Source of the DNA: Chthonomonas calidirosea
GTDB lineage: Bacteria; Armatimonadota; Fimbriimonadia; Fimbriimonadales; Fimbriimonadaceae
Direction of reading: 5' to 3'
Assembly (NCBI GenBank): GCA_945859975.1
Contig: CAMAPH010000008.1
Coordinates: 1-64,000 of the forward strand
Length of the DNA stretch: 64,000 bases
The position numbers and the translations under genes were made by a program. The first letter of the stretch is position 1. The number at the start of each line of letters is the position of its first letter. This document shows, in pieces, positions 1-8,695 of this stretch. The notes beneath the pieces were generated by a model, which did no database searches, was not told the origin of the DNA, and saw nothing but the letters and a program-made list of their open reading frames with translations.

Positions 1-99
1 GTCTTAATTCTTTGTTGTCCCAATGTGGGATGGAGGGGGGCGACCCGTCGCCCAACTTCGGTCTCTACCTTCCCACAGGAGGGGTCTAGACAATCGTGC

Positions 100-128
100 A
101 GTTTACCCTTCGAATCTTCTGACTGCAA
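100..128 (-). promoter_or_regulatory. sigma70-type promoter reading out of the left end of the window
   Basis: Minus strand TTGCAG-17 nt-TAAACT. Confidence 0.55.
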
Positions 129-205
129 CCGATTCTGTCCTCATCTTTCAAAGGAATCGGCGATTGGTAGCTTTCAATCGTTCACCGGACGGCTCTGGTT
201 CCAAT

Positions 206-646
206 CTAAGTCGCGCGCGGCCTCAGAATGAACGCCACCAACCCGAGCGCGATGTTCATCGTTCCAACGCAGAAGAATGTCCAGGTCGGCACCGTTGTGT
301 TTGAGGCACTGCAATAAACGTAGAGCGGCGAAGCAAGAAGACAAGCCCCAGCAACACCGTACGCGTATGGCTTCGATTTGACAAGAGGCACTGCCAGGGC
401 GATCGCGAGAATGACAATGAATGGCACCCCAAAGAAGGCGACCAGTTGCTTGAGAGCAATCTCTCCGTCACTTGGATCGATTAGGCTGAGGGAGCCTCGA
501 ATCGGATGTCCTTGTGCAAAGATGCTGAGCAACACCGTTGCAAGGCTCACCAGGACAAAGAGGGCCGCGAAACCGACCATCGATGATCTTGGTTGGATGA
601 TCGGCGGCGGTTGCGACGGATCGTGCTTTGAAACTTTCAGTGCCAT
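206..646 (-). CDS. small multi-pass membrane protein, paralog 1 of a tandem family
   Basis: 146 aa with about 4 hydrophobic segments; N-terminus MALKVSKHDPSQPPP nearly identical to 673..1104. Confidence 0.75.
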   Translation of the reverse strand: MALKVSKHDPSQPPPIIQPRSSMVGFAALFVLVSLATVLLSIFAQGHPIRGSLSLIDPSDGEIALKQLVAFFGVPFIVILAIALAVPLVKSKPYAYGVAGACLLASPLYVYCSASNTTVPTWTFFCVGTMNIALGLVAFILRPRAT

Positions 647-672
647 ACCAAGTGATTAGGTTTGAATCTCGA

Positions 673-1104
673 CTAAGTGAGTTTCGGCGGACTGACAACA
701 AGCGAAGCGCCTGCCAATGCCAGGTTCAGCGTGCCAACAAAGAAAAAAAGCGCCGCAGGCAGCGTCGTGGCGGCGCCACCAAGGTACAGAAACAGCGGCG
801 AGGCTAGTAGGGACAGAAACGCCCATTCGTATGCCCATCGTTTGCCCTGGTACAGCGGAAGCGACAACACGCCGATCAACAACTTTGTCATTGCTACGCC
901 GAACAGAACCGTACCCATCCAGATGACCGAGCCGAGACCTCCCGTCTGCACCTCTCGTGTCTGGTTGAACAACGTCGCCAGAACTGCAACGGTCGTAACC
1001 AGGCACATCACACCGTAGAGGACCGCAAAAACCACATTGGACGACTTCGGCTCGATGACTGGCGGCGGTTGAGAAGGATCGTGTTTTGAAATTTTCAGCG
1101 CCAT
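673..1104 (-). CDS. small multi-pass membrane protein, paralog 2
   Basis: 143 aa; MALKISKHDPSQPPP, LLASPL and VGTLNLAL match the neighbouring gene. Confidence 0.75.
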   Translation of the reverse strand: MALKISKHDPSQPPPVIEPKSSNVVFAVLYGVMCLVTTVAVLATLFNQTREVQTGGLGSVIWMGTVLFGVAMTKLLIGVLSLPLYQGKRWAYEWAFLSLLASPLFLYLGGAATTLPAALFFFVGTLNLALAGASLVVSPPKLT

Positions 1105-1144
1105 TCAATTCACCTTGGAAACCCAGCGAAAAAGAGTGTTCCGA

Positions 1145-1600
1145 TCACCATCGTCCGTGAATCCCACGGTATAGGCCCAAAAAGCCAAGGACAAGTACGC
1201 CGATCGCCAATGCCATAGCAATGTAACTGGTTAAAGCATAAGCTCCTAATGGTGATGCCACAAGTCCGAAACACGCCACGCTAGCCAAGGTGAAACCAGA
1301 ATTTTCTCCGCGCAGCATTAGCGGCGTTAGCTTGATTCCGCAGAAAAGCCCGACGATGAAGACGATCATTAGGAGGCCAGAAATGATCGGAATCATGAGC
1401 GCCCCCATGCCCGCGTTCTGCGTTACGGCTGGACTCAAAATCCAAATTGCAGCCCCAAAAGAACCTAAAGCCAAAAGACCGGCCAGGAGACCAAACACTG
1501 TAGCAAACACCGTGTCACCCATTGCCACCGCAGGCTGGGTCGGAACCTGATGCGGTGGTTTAGGGGAGCCATTTGGTGGACGATTTATGATCATCGGCAT
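1145..1600 (-). CDS. small multi-pass membrane protein, distant paralog 3
   Basis: 151 aa; Pro-rich N-terminus, hydrophobic segments, LVASPL motif. Confidence 0.65.
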   Translation of the reverse strand: MPMIINRPPNGSPKPPHQVPTQPAVAMGDTVFATVFGLLAGLLALGSFGAAIWILSPAVTQNAGMGALMIPIISGLLMIVFIVGLFCGIKLTPLMLRGENSGFTLASVACFGLVASPLGAYALTSYIAMALAIGVLVLGFLGLYRGIHGRW

Positions 1601-1681
1601 GCTTGTTAGAGGATGCCTCCATAGAGCAAGTTTCCCGCATAAGGTCCCAAAAACCTCAGACCATCACCACTCATCAGGCAC

Positions 1682-1716
1682 AAAAAAAGCTCCTGCCATT
1701 TCTGGCAGGAGCTTTT
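1682..1716 (-). terminator. intrinsic terminator of fusA
   Basis: AAAAAAAGCTCCTGCCA-tttc-TGGCAGGAGCTTTT hairpin with U-tract just after the fusA stop. Confidence 0.85.
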
Positions 1717-1730
1717 CGCAACGACTCGGC

Positions 1731-3881
1731 TTAGCGCGAGCTCTTCGCCGTGATTTCCGCGGCGATGTTGTTTGGCACTTCTTCGTAGTGGCTTGGGGTC
1801 ACGTTTGGAGCGGCTCGACCCTGGGTGAGGGACCGAAGCGTCGTAACGTAGCCGAACATTTCCGAAAGTGGAACGTGGGCGTTGATGACCACGACTCCGC
1901 CCGGAGCCGAGTCTTGACCCTGCAACTGACCGCGTCGGCTGCTGATGTCTCCAACAACGTCTCCAACGTAGTCGTTTGGCGTCGTGACTTCGACGTGCAT
2001 GATCGGTTCCTTAAGAACCGGGTTTGCCTTCTTCATGGCTTCCTTGAACGCCAAGAGACCTGCCTGCTTAAAGGCGTTTTCGTTCGAGTCAACGTCGTGG
2101 TAAGAACCGTCGGTCAGCGAGACCTTAACGTCCACAACCGGGTATCCGGCGAGAACGCCCGCGATCAGACCCTCTCGAATGCCCTTTTCGCAAGCCGGGA
2201 TGTATTCCTTTGGAATCGAACCACCCACGACCTTGTTCTCGAAGACGAATCCTTTACCGACTTCCAGTGGCTCCATTTCGATGGTGCAAACACCGTACTG
2301 ACCGGAACCACCCGTCTGTCGGACGAATCGGCCTTCTGCCTTCGCCTTGGCGCGTACCGTTTCTCGGTACGCAACCTGTGGCTTTCCTTGGTTCGCCTGA
2401 ACGCCGAACTCTCGGTTCAGTCGGTCAACGATGATTTCAAGGTGAAGCTCACCCATTCCGGAGATGATCGTCTGGCCGCTTTCGGGGTCAGTGAACACTC
2501 GGAAGGTCGGGTCTTCCTGCGCAAGTCGCACAAGCGCCGTACCAAGCTTTTCCTGGTCGGATCGAGACTTCGGCTCGATCGCGATCTGGATAACTGGCTC
2601 TGGGAACTTGATGCTTTCCAGCGCGATCTGGTGATCTTCGTCGCAAACCGTGTGACCGGTGTTAACGTCAGCAAGACCGATAACGCCCACGATGTCACCG
2701 GCGAATACTTCGTCGATGTCCTGTCGCTGGTTCGAGTGCATTTCCAAGATTCGGCCGATTCGCTCGGTTCGAGTTCGGAAGTCGTTCGAAACTGGGTCTC
2801 GGAACGTGACGCTGACCGAAGATCCCTTCTTCAGGGTTCCGCTGTAAACGCGCAGGTAGGTCAATCGGCCAACGAACTTGTCGCTCTGAATCTTGAACGC
2901 AAGTGCGCTGAACGGAGCCTTATCGTCTGGTGCTCGAGTCAGTTCCTCTTCCGTGTCAGGATCAACTCCCTTAACTTCGCCGACGTCAAGTGGCGATGGC
3001 AGGTAGTCGATGACCGAGTCGATCATCGCCTGGACGCCCTTGTTCTTGAACGAAGAGCCGCTGATCATCGGAACGATCTTGTTTGCCAAGCATCCCTTTC
3101 GAAGCGCGTCTCGGATGTCCTGCTCGCTGATCTCTTCACCGTCAAGGAATCGAACCATGATTTCCTCGTCATAGTCCGCAATCGCTTCGAGCATCTTTTC
3201 TCGGTAGGAAGCGGCGATTTCTCGCATGTTCTCCGGAATTTCGGCTCGGCGGAAGCTCTTGCCCTTATCGTCGTCCGTGTCGTACACGGCGGCGGTCATG
3301 GTGATGAGGTCAACGTAACCGAGGTACTCGCTTTCCTGACCAATTGGAATCTGGATCGGGGCCGCGTTGGCGCCGAGTCGATCCTTTGCTCGCTCAAGAA
3401 CCGAGTAGAAGTCGGCTCCGATTCGGTCCATCTTGTTGACGTAAATGATTCGAGGAACCATGTACTTGTTCATCTGGCGCCAAACCGTTTCGGTCTGGGG
3501 CTGAACGCCACCAACGGCACAGAGAACGCAGACGGCACCGTCGAGCACGCGAAGCGAACGCTCAACTTCAACCGTGAAGTCAACGTGGCCAGGGGTGTCG
3601 ATGATGTTGATCTTGTACTGGTCCGACGTGTTCTTACCGTCGGTATCGTCAAATCGGCTGACGCGCCAGAAGCACGAGGTAGCGGCCGAGGTGATCGTGA
3701 TTCCTCGCTCCTGCTCCTGTTCCATCCAGTCCATCGTCGCTGCTCCGTCGTGAACCTCTCCGATCTTGTGACTCTTACCGGTGTAATAGAGGATGCGCTC
3801 GGTGGTGGTTGTCTTGCCGGCGTCAATGTGCGCAGCAATACCGATGTTCCGAACGAAGTTTAGAGCGTGACTACGGGGCAT
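1731..3881 (-). CDS. fusA: elongation factor G
   Basis: [39 protein letters not shown] at 3881 preferred, GTG at 3911 possible. Confidence 0.98.
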   Translation of the reverse strand: MPRSHALNFVRNIGIAAHIDAGKTTTTERILYYTGKSHKIGEVHDGAATMDWMEQEQERGITITSAATSCFWRVSRFDDTDGKNTSDQYKINIIDTPGHVDFTVEVERSLRVLDGAVCVLCAVGGVQPQTETVWRQMNKYMVPRIIYVNKMDRIGADFYSVLERAKDRLGANAAPIQIPIGQESEYLGYVDLITMTAAVYDTDDDKGKSFRRAEIPENMREIAASYREKMLEAIADYDEEIMVRFLDGEEISEQDIRDALRKGCLANKIVPMISGSSFKNKGVQAMIDSVIDYLPSPLDVGEVKGVDPDTEEELTRAPDDKAPFSALAFKIQSDKFVGRLTYLRVYSGTLKKGSSVSVTFRDPVSNDFRTRTERIGRILEMHSNQRQDIDEVFAGDIVGVIGLADVNTGHTVCDEDHQIALESIKFPEPVIQIAIEPKSRSDQEKLGTALVRLAQEDPTFRVFTDPESGQTIISGMGELHLEIIVDRLNREFGVQANQGKPQVAYRETVRAKAKAEGRFVRQTGGSGQYGVCTIEMEPLEVGKGFVFENKVVGGSIPKEYIPACEKGIREGLIAGVLAGYPVVDVKVSLTDGSYHDVDSNENAFKQAGLLAFKEAMKKANPVLKEPIMHVEVTTPNDYVGDVVGDISSRRGQLQGQDSAPGGVVVINAHVPLSEMFGYVTTLRSLTQGRAAPNVTPSHYEEVPNNIAAEITAKSSR

Positions 3882-4262
3882 GGGAATATCTTCTCGTTGA
3901 TTTTTGAACACCGATCCGCTCTGTCAGTCGACATTGCACTCGGGTCCAACCTAAGAGTATGAACGTTGAGAGGGCGGAAACGCAAGAAATCGAGCCCCGC
4001 GCTTGGGACCTGCCCTGCATCTCCTCCCTATTTTCTCGCCATCCAGGCTTTCTTCCCGCCCATCACCGCAGAATCCGTAGCACTCGAGTGCGCGAGTGAG
4101 GATAGGCAATCCTGCCCATCGACGTCCACCGGTCTCTCATCGATGAGGCTGCGCCGAACGAGGGTGCTTTAGATTTAATGTATTCAGGTCACGTTTTCGT
4201 GTAGTGCAAGTGGCCCTAATAGAAGAAGATTAATGCAATCTGAAACCCCATATATATAGAGG

Positions 4263-6728
4263 ATGCTTCTAGTACCTTTTCTCTTATCCATTGCAAACGT
4301 TTCTCAAGATCCGAGCGCATCGATTCCTAGTCTATTTATCGAGAATAAGGGACAGTGGCCGCAGAATGTCAAGTTCGCTATCGAAGAACCGGGCACGGCG
4401 TACTGGGCTACTGATCGAGGAATTGTTTTAGATGTTCACCAGACCAACGGCCAAAAGCGAGTTGGGCATGTTCTCAAGTTTGAACTTGAGGGCGCGACCG
4501 GAACGGCGAAAGGTATTGGCAGCAGCGCCGCTACGCACCTAACTTCATACTTTGGACCCGACGGAACACGAGCGACCGACGTTCGCTCGTTTGAGAGTGC
4601 CACCGTCGCCAACGTTCGAAACGGCTTCTCATTACGCCACTACCGTGATGCCGCGGGAGTTCTACGCTACGACCTCATCGTGAGTCCAAACACGGACGTC
4701 ACGAAGGCTGTGTTCAACGTTAAGGGAGCAACAAGCATTGGAGTGGACGCGAAAGGCGAGCTCTTGATTGGCACTTCCCTCGGCACAGTGCGCCAGCGAG
4801 GGCTCTTTGCCTACCAGACCATTAACGGCAAGCAGACTCCGGTTGCGATCAACTTCGCGCCACAAGCGGGCACCAAGTTCGGCTTTACGGTCGGGCAGTA
4901 CGACAAATCTAAACCGCTCGTGATTGACCCTCAGGTCGTTAAGGCAGCCTTCATTGGCGGCGGTTCCGGCGCAGACCTTGGTTCGTCCATTGCTAAAGCC
5001 GACGACAACGTCGTGTTTGTTGGTGGAACAACGAACTCTTCCCTCGTTTCATTCCCGCTCACGACCGGTGGTTACATCAGCACCGAGCAGTCCGGAACCG
5101 AGGCCCTTGTTGCCGCAATTGAAACCAGCCTCGGAACAAACGCCGTACGCCGCGTCGCGCGATTAACCACCTACGGTAACGAAGATTCAGTCCGCGTGGT
5201 CTACTCCGGCGGCAGCGTTTACCTTGCGACTGCAGTATCAAACAACGGTCCTATCGTCAACGATGCTGGCACTCCCGGCGCGCCGCATAAGGCCACTCGA
5301 CAAAACACCGATGTTTGGATTGGCCGTTTCAATTCTGCTCTCACCACCCTTCGAAGCAGCACCTACGCAGGCGGCCCTGACTTCGATCGGATGCTGGATA
5401 TGGTAGCCACGAACAATGGCCGCATCGCCATCGCGATGCAGTGCGCTTCGGCGGGTGCGGCGACGAAGACGCAAAACAATGCGAACAGTACGCACAAAGG
5501 TAGCGGAGACCTCTATCTTCTCGCGCTGGACGCCGCTCTAGAAACAATGATCACCGGCGGCTACTATGGCGGCACCGGTTACGAAGCCGAAACCGGCTTC
5601 ATGACCCCCACCGTTGAGGGTGACGGCGTGTTCGTTGCTGTTAGTGCTAGCGCTCCCGACAGCTATCCCGGTGCGCAAACCATCAGCACATCGCCTTCGG
5701 TCGTCGTTACCCCAACCGGTTACTACACCAACCAGCAGCGCGGCGGGAATGCTGCCTTAGGAAAGCAGGATATCTTCGACTACTCGAACGACCTCTTGAT
5801 TTACCGAATCACGATTGACACCCGGACAGGAAGCACAAGCCGCAACGGCATCGTGACTCACGCCACGTTCATCGGTGGTTCGGGAAGCGAGCAGCCACGA
5901 GGAATCGCGATTTCGCCAAACGGAATTCTTGCCGTCATCGGTACTTCTGGCGGGGGAACGTTGGCAGGAACGTCGGGTGCCTACCAAACCGCGAACCCGG
6001 GCGGAACTTCTGGATTCGTCTTCCGAGCCAACTCAACCCTAAACGCCGGTATCGCCACTTCCTTCTTCGGTACGGCTGGCGCCGATGACGTTAACGGCGT
6101 TGCCATCTCACCAAACGGACACGTGATTCTCACGGGCTCCGCAGCTAGCGGACTGCCGGTGACCACAGGCTCATATGCCGCTCCTGGGACCCGATCCGCA
6201 TATCTGGCTCGACTCAATAGCAGCATGACCAGCCTCGTTTCGAGCACTTACCTCCTTTCCCGACCAGGCTCCGAAGCCGGCGACGGAGTGAAGGTCGTTC
6301 AGGTTGGAGCCTATGACGACGCGCTTGTACTTGGCAACACAATCGGAACGACCTCCAGCTTCAGCCCGATCACGACGAATACTTATGGTGTTCGCGGAGG
6401 TTCGTCTGACTTCTTCCTCGGCCGCGTCGCCTTCAGCACCGACATCATCGAAGCTCGAGCGAGCAGCACCGTGCTCAACCAGGGTTCGAGCATCTTCATC
6501 GAAGCGCTCATGAACGCAGTCGTTGGCGGAGTGGGCAAGACCATCACCGTCACCTCGGACAATCCGAGCGCCATCTCGTTCGCCAGCAGCACCTTCCTTG
6601 TGCCGTCCACCGCGGATCGCAAGAGCGTCAAGGCCTTCCCTGGCTCCGTCCTCGTTCCAACGAATGTGACGGTAACCCTGTCAAATGGCGGCAACTCCCG
6701 CAGCGTGGTCATTACAGTTAACCCATAA
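4263..6728 (+). CDS. secreted SBBP beta-propeller repeat protein
   Basis: Signal peptide; FIENKGQW, LRYDLIV and YDKSKPLVIDP N-domain; repeated (S/A)T(Y/F)xGG blades; Ig-like C-terminal end. Confidence 0.8.
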   Translation: MLLVPFLLSIANVSQDPSASIPSLFIENKGQWPQNVKFAIEEPGTAYWATDRGIVLDVHQTNGQKRVGHVLKFELEGATGTAKGIGSSAATHLTSYFGPDGTRATDVRSFESATVANVRNGFSLRHYRDAAGVLRYDLIVSPNTDVTKAVFNVKGATSIGVDAKGELLIGTSLGTVRQRGLFAYQTINGKQTPVAINFAPQAGTKFGFTVGQYDKSKPLVIDPQVVKAAFIGGGSGADLGSSIAKADDNVVFVGGTTNSSLVSFPLTTGGYISTEQSGTEALVAAIETSLGTNAVRRVARLTTYGNEDSVRVVYSGGSVYLATAVSNNGPIVNDAGTPGAPHKATRQNTDVWIGRFNSALTTLRSSTYAGGPDFDRMLDMVATNNGRIAIAMQCASAGAATKTQNNANSTHKGSGDLYLLALDAALETMITGGYYGGTGYEAETGFMTPTVEGDGVFVAVSASAPDSYPGAQTISTSPSVVVTPTGYYTNQQRGGNAALGKQDIFDYSNDLLIYRITIDTRTGSTSRNGIVTHATFIGGSGSEQPRGIAISPNGILAVIGTSGGGTLAGTSGAYQTANPGGTSGFVFRANSTLNAGIATSFFGTAGADDVNGVAISPNGHVILTGSAASGLPVTTGSYAAPGTRSAYLARLNSSMTSLVSSTYLLSRPGSEAGDGVKVVQVGAYDDALVLGNTIGTTSSFSPITTNTYGVRGGSSDFFLGRVAFSTDIIEARASSTVLNQGSSIFIEALMNAVVGGVGKTITVTSDNPSAISFASSTFLVPSTADRKSVKAFPGSVLVPTNVTVTLSNGGNSRSVVITVNP

Positions 6729-6761
6729 GCCGTCTGTAGCCTGCTGACGGGCTACATCACC

Positions 6762-6801
6762 AAGTGTCCCGAGGCGATCGCATTCGGGGCACTTTTGTTT
6801 T
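6762..6801 (+). terminator. intrinsic terminator after the SBBP gene
   Basis: AAGTGTCCCGA...TCGGGGCACTT followed by TTGTTTT. Confidence 0.65.
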
Positions 6802-6850
6802 AGTGTGCAACTGGTCTCAGTACTTCCGCGAGGGCAAGAAGCCCAGACAC

Positions 6851-6884
6851 AAAAAAGCCCCGAACGTTAATCGTTCGGGGCTTT
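6851..6884 (-). terminator. intrinsic terminator after rpsG
   Basis: AAAAAAGCCCCGAACG-ttaat-CGTTCGGGGCTTT. Confidence 0.85.
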
Positions 6885-6905
6885 CTGCTGGTTAGATCAA
6901 AAAGA

Positions 6906-7376
6906 TCAGAACCGGTAGTGAGCAAACGCCTTGTTAGCGTCGGCCATTCGGTGGGTGTCTTCTCGCTTCTTGATCGTGCTACCCGTACCGTTGTAGGCAT
7001 CGAGGAACTCGGAGGAGAGCTTGTCCACCATGGTCTTGCCCGATCGCTTTCGCGCAGCGGCAACCATCCAGCGGAGGGCCAGGGTTCGTCGTCGGTCTGG
7101 TCGGACTTCCATTGGAACCTGGTAGGTCTGTCCACCAACTCGTCGTGGTCGAACTTCAACCGTCGGCATCGAGTTGTGGATGGCCTTGTCGAACACTTCG
7201 AGAGCTGGCACGCCGGCCTTAGCTTCGCAGTTCGCCATGGCGGCGTAGAAGATCTTTTCCGCGACGGTCTTCTTGCCGTCCATCATCATTCGGTTGATGA
7301 ATCGCGTTACCATTTCCGATCCGTAGATCGGATCTGGAATCGCGGGTCGCTTTGTTGCTGGTCCTTTACGTGGCAT
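6906..7376 (-). CDS. rpsG: 30S ribosomal protein S7
   Basis: [25 protein letters not shown]. Confidence 0.98.
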   Translation of the reverse strand: MPRKGPATKRPAIPDPIYGSEMVTRFINRMMMDGKKTVAEKIFYAAMANCEAKAGVPALEVFDKAIHNSMPTVEVRPRRVGGQTYQVPMEVRPDRRRTLALRWMVAAARKRSGKTMVDKLSSEFLDAYNGTGSTIKKREDTHRMADANKAFAHYRF

Positions 7377-7780
7377 TACTTCTTCTTCCCTGCTGCTGCC
7401 GGTGCGCCAGCCTTCGGTCGCTTGGTTCCGTACTTGCTTCGTCCCTGCATTCGCTTGGAGGTACCGGCGGTCTGCTGGGTTCCTCGAACGATGTGGTAGC
7501 GGACGCCGGGAAGGTCCTTAACTCGGCCTCCTCGAACAAGCACAACTGAGTGCTCCTGAAGGTTGTGGCCTTCGCCCGGAATGTAGGCGGTTACTTCGAT
7601 GCCATTCGTCAATCGCACACGTGCGGTCTTTCGAAGAGCCGAGTTTGGCTTCTTCGGGGTCATCGTTCGCACGACGGTGCAAACACCGCGCTTGAAGGGG
7701 TTACTCTTCAAAGCCGGTGACTTTGACTTCACTTTCGGGACCGAACGTCCCTTTCGAACCAATTGATTAACGGTTGGCAT
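7376..7780 (-). CDS. rpsL: 30S ribosomal protein S12
   Basis: [34 protein letters not shown]. Confidence 0.98.
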   Translation of the reverse strand: MPTVNQLVRKGRSVPKVKSKSPALKSNPFKRGVCTVVRTMTPKKPNSALRKTARVRLTNGIEVTAYIPGEGHNLQEHSVVLVRGGRVKDLPGVRYHIVRGTQQTAGTSKRMQGRSKYGTKRPKAGAPAAAGKKK

Positions 7781-8133
7781 ACTTTTCTCTGCTTTATTTT
7801 TCTCGCTTTTCGAAACGGGCAGGCGGCCAAGCGGGCAACCAAAAACCCCGTCGCGCATTCGCACGGCGGGGTTCAGGGGGTCGGTGGCAATTCACTTCCA
7901 AGACCTATCGCTAGTTCCCTCCGGGCAAACGATCATGGCCCTGCCAAAAAGGCAGAAACCGAGACCTTCAAATATTACCTTCACGCTCCGTTAAATTTTC
8001 AAGCTCACGTTCAACTTTCCCGGATTGACTGCCGCCACGGACAGAAATTTCATTTCTCATCATTCATTTATGATGTGTTGACGCACTTTTCATCACGGAA
8101 TGCGTAGGGTGTGGTGGAGTCAGTGACTCCGGA

Positions 8134-8646
8134 ATGAAAATGAAACTCAACAAAATCGCTTTGACCCTCGTTGCTCCTCTCGCCCTTGGGTCCTTCGCCT
8201 TTGCAAAGGCCGAAAAGGATATCGTCGACACCGCCGTTGCCGCAGGTAGTTTCAAGACTCTCGTGAGCCTCGTCCAGAAGGCTGGCCTCGTCGACACCCT
8301 TAAGGGCACCGGACCATTCACGGTTCTCGCACCATCCGATGCCGCTTTCGCTAAGCTGCCAAAGGCTCTCGTCGCTAAGATCGTCGGCGACAAGAAGCTT
8401 CTGACCAGCATCCTCACTTATCACGTTATTGCTGGAAAGGTCCTCTCGACCGACCTCAAGAACGGCCTCAAGGCGAAGACTGTCCAGGGCGAAGAAGTGA
8501 CCGTCATGATCAAGGGCAAGACCGTCACCTTCAACAAGTCGAAGGTTAGCGCTGCCGACATCATGGCAACCAACGGCGTCATCCACGTCATCGACACCGT
8601 CCTCGTCCCACCAACGATCCTCAAGGCCCTTTCGGCTAAGAAGTAA
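8134..8646 (+). CDS. secreted fasciclin (FAS1) domain protein
   Basis: Signal peptide, FTVLAPSDAAF, ILTYHV, NGVIHVID. Confidence 0.93.
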   Translation: MKMKLNKIALTLVAPLALGSFAFAKAEKDIVDTAVAAGSFKTLVSLVQKAGLVDTLKGTGPFTVLAPSDAAFAKLPKALVAKIVGDKKLLTSILTYHVIAGKVLSTDLKNGLKAKTVQGEEVTVMIKGKTVTFNKSKVSAADIMATNGVIHVIDTVLVPPTILKALSAKK

Positions 8647-8656
8647 GTATCGGACG

Positions 8657-8695
8657 AAGCCCCGGTCTGCACACCGCAGACCGGGGCTTTTCTTT
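8657..8695 (+). terminator. terminator between the convergent fasciclin and clostripain genes
   Basis: AAGCCCCGGTCTGC-acacc-GCAGACCGGGGCTT then TTCTTT. Confidence 0.8.

Noticed and set aside
1587..3863. 758-aa plus-strand ORF and similar long antisense ORFs (47047, 47904, 40529)
   Set aside because: Shadow frames of fusA and other well-supported genes; no recognisable motifs
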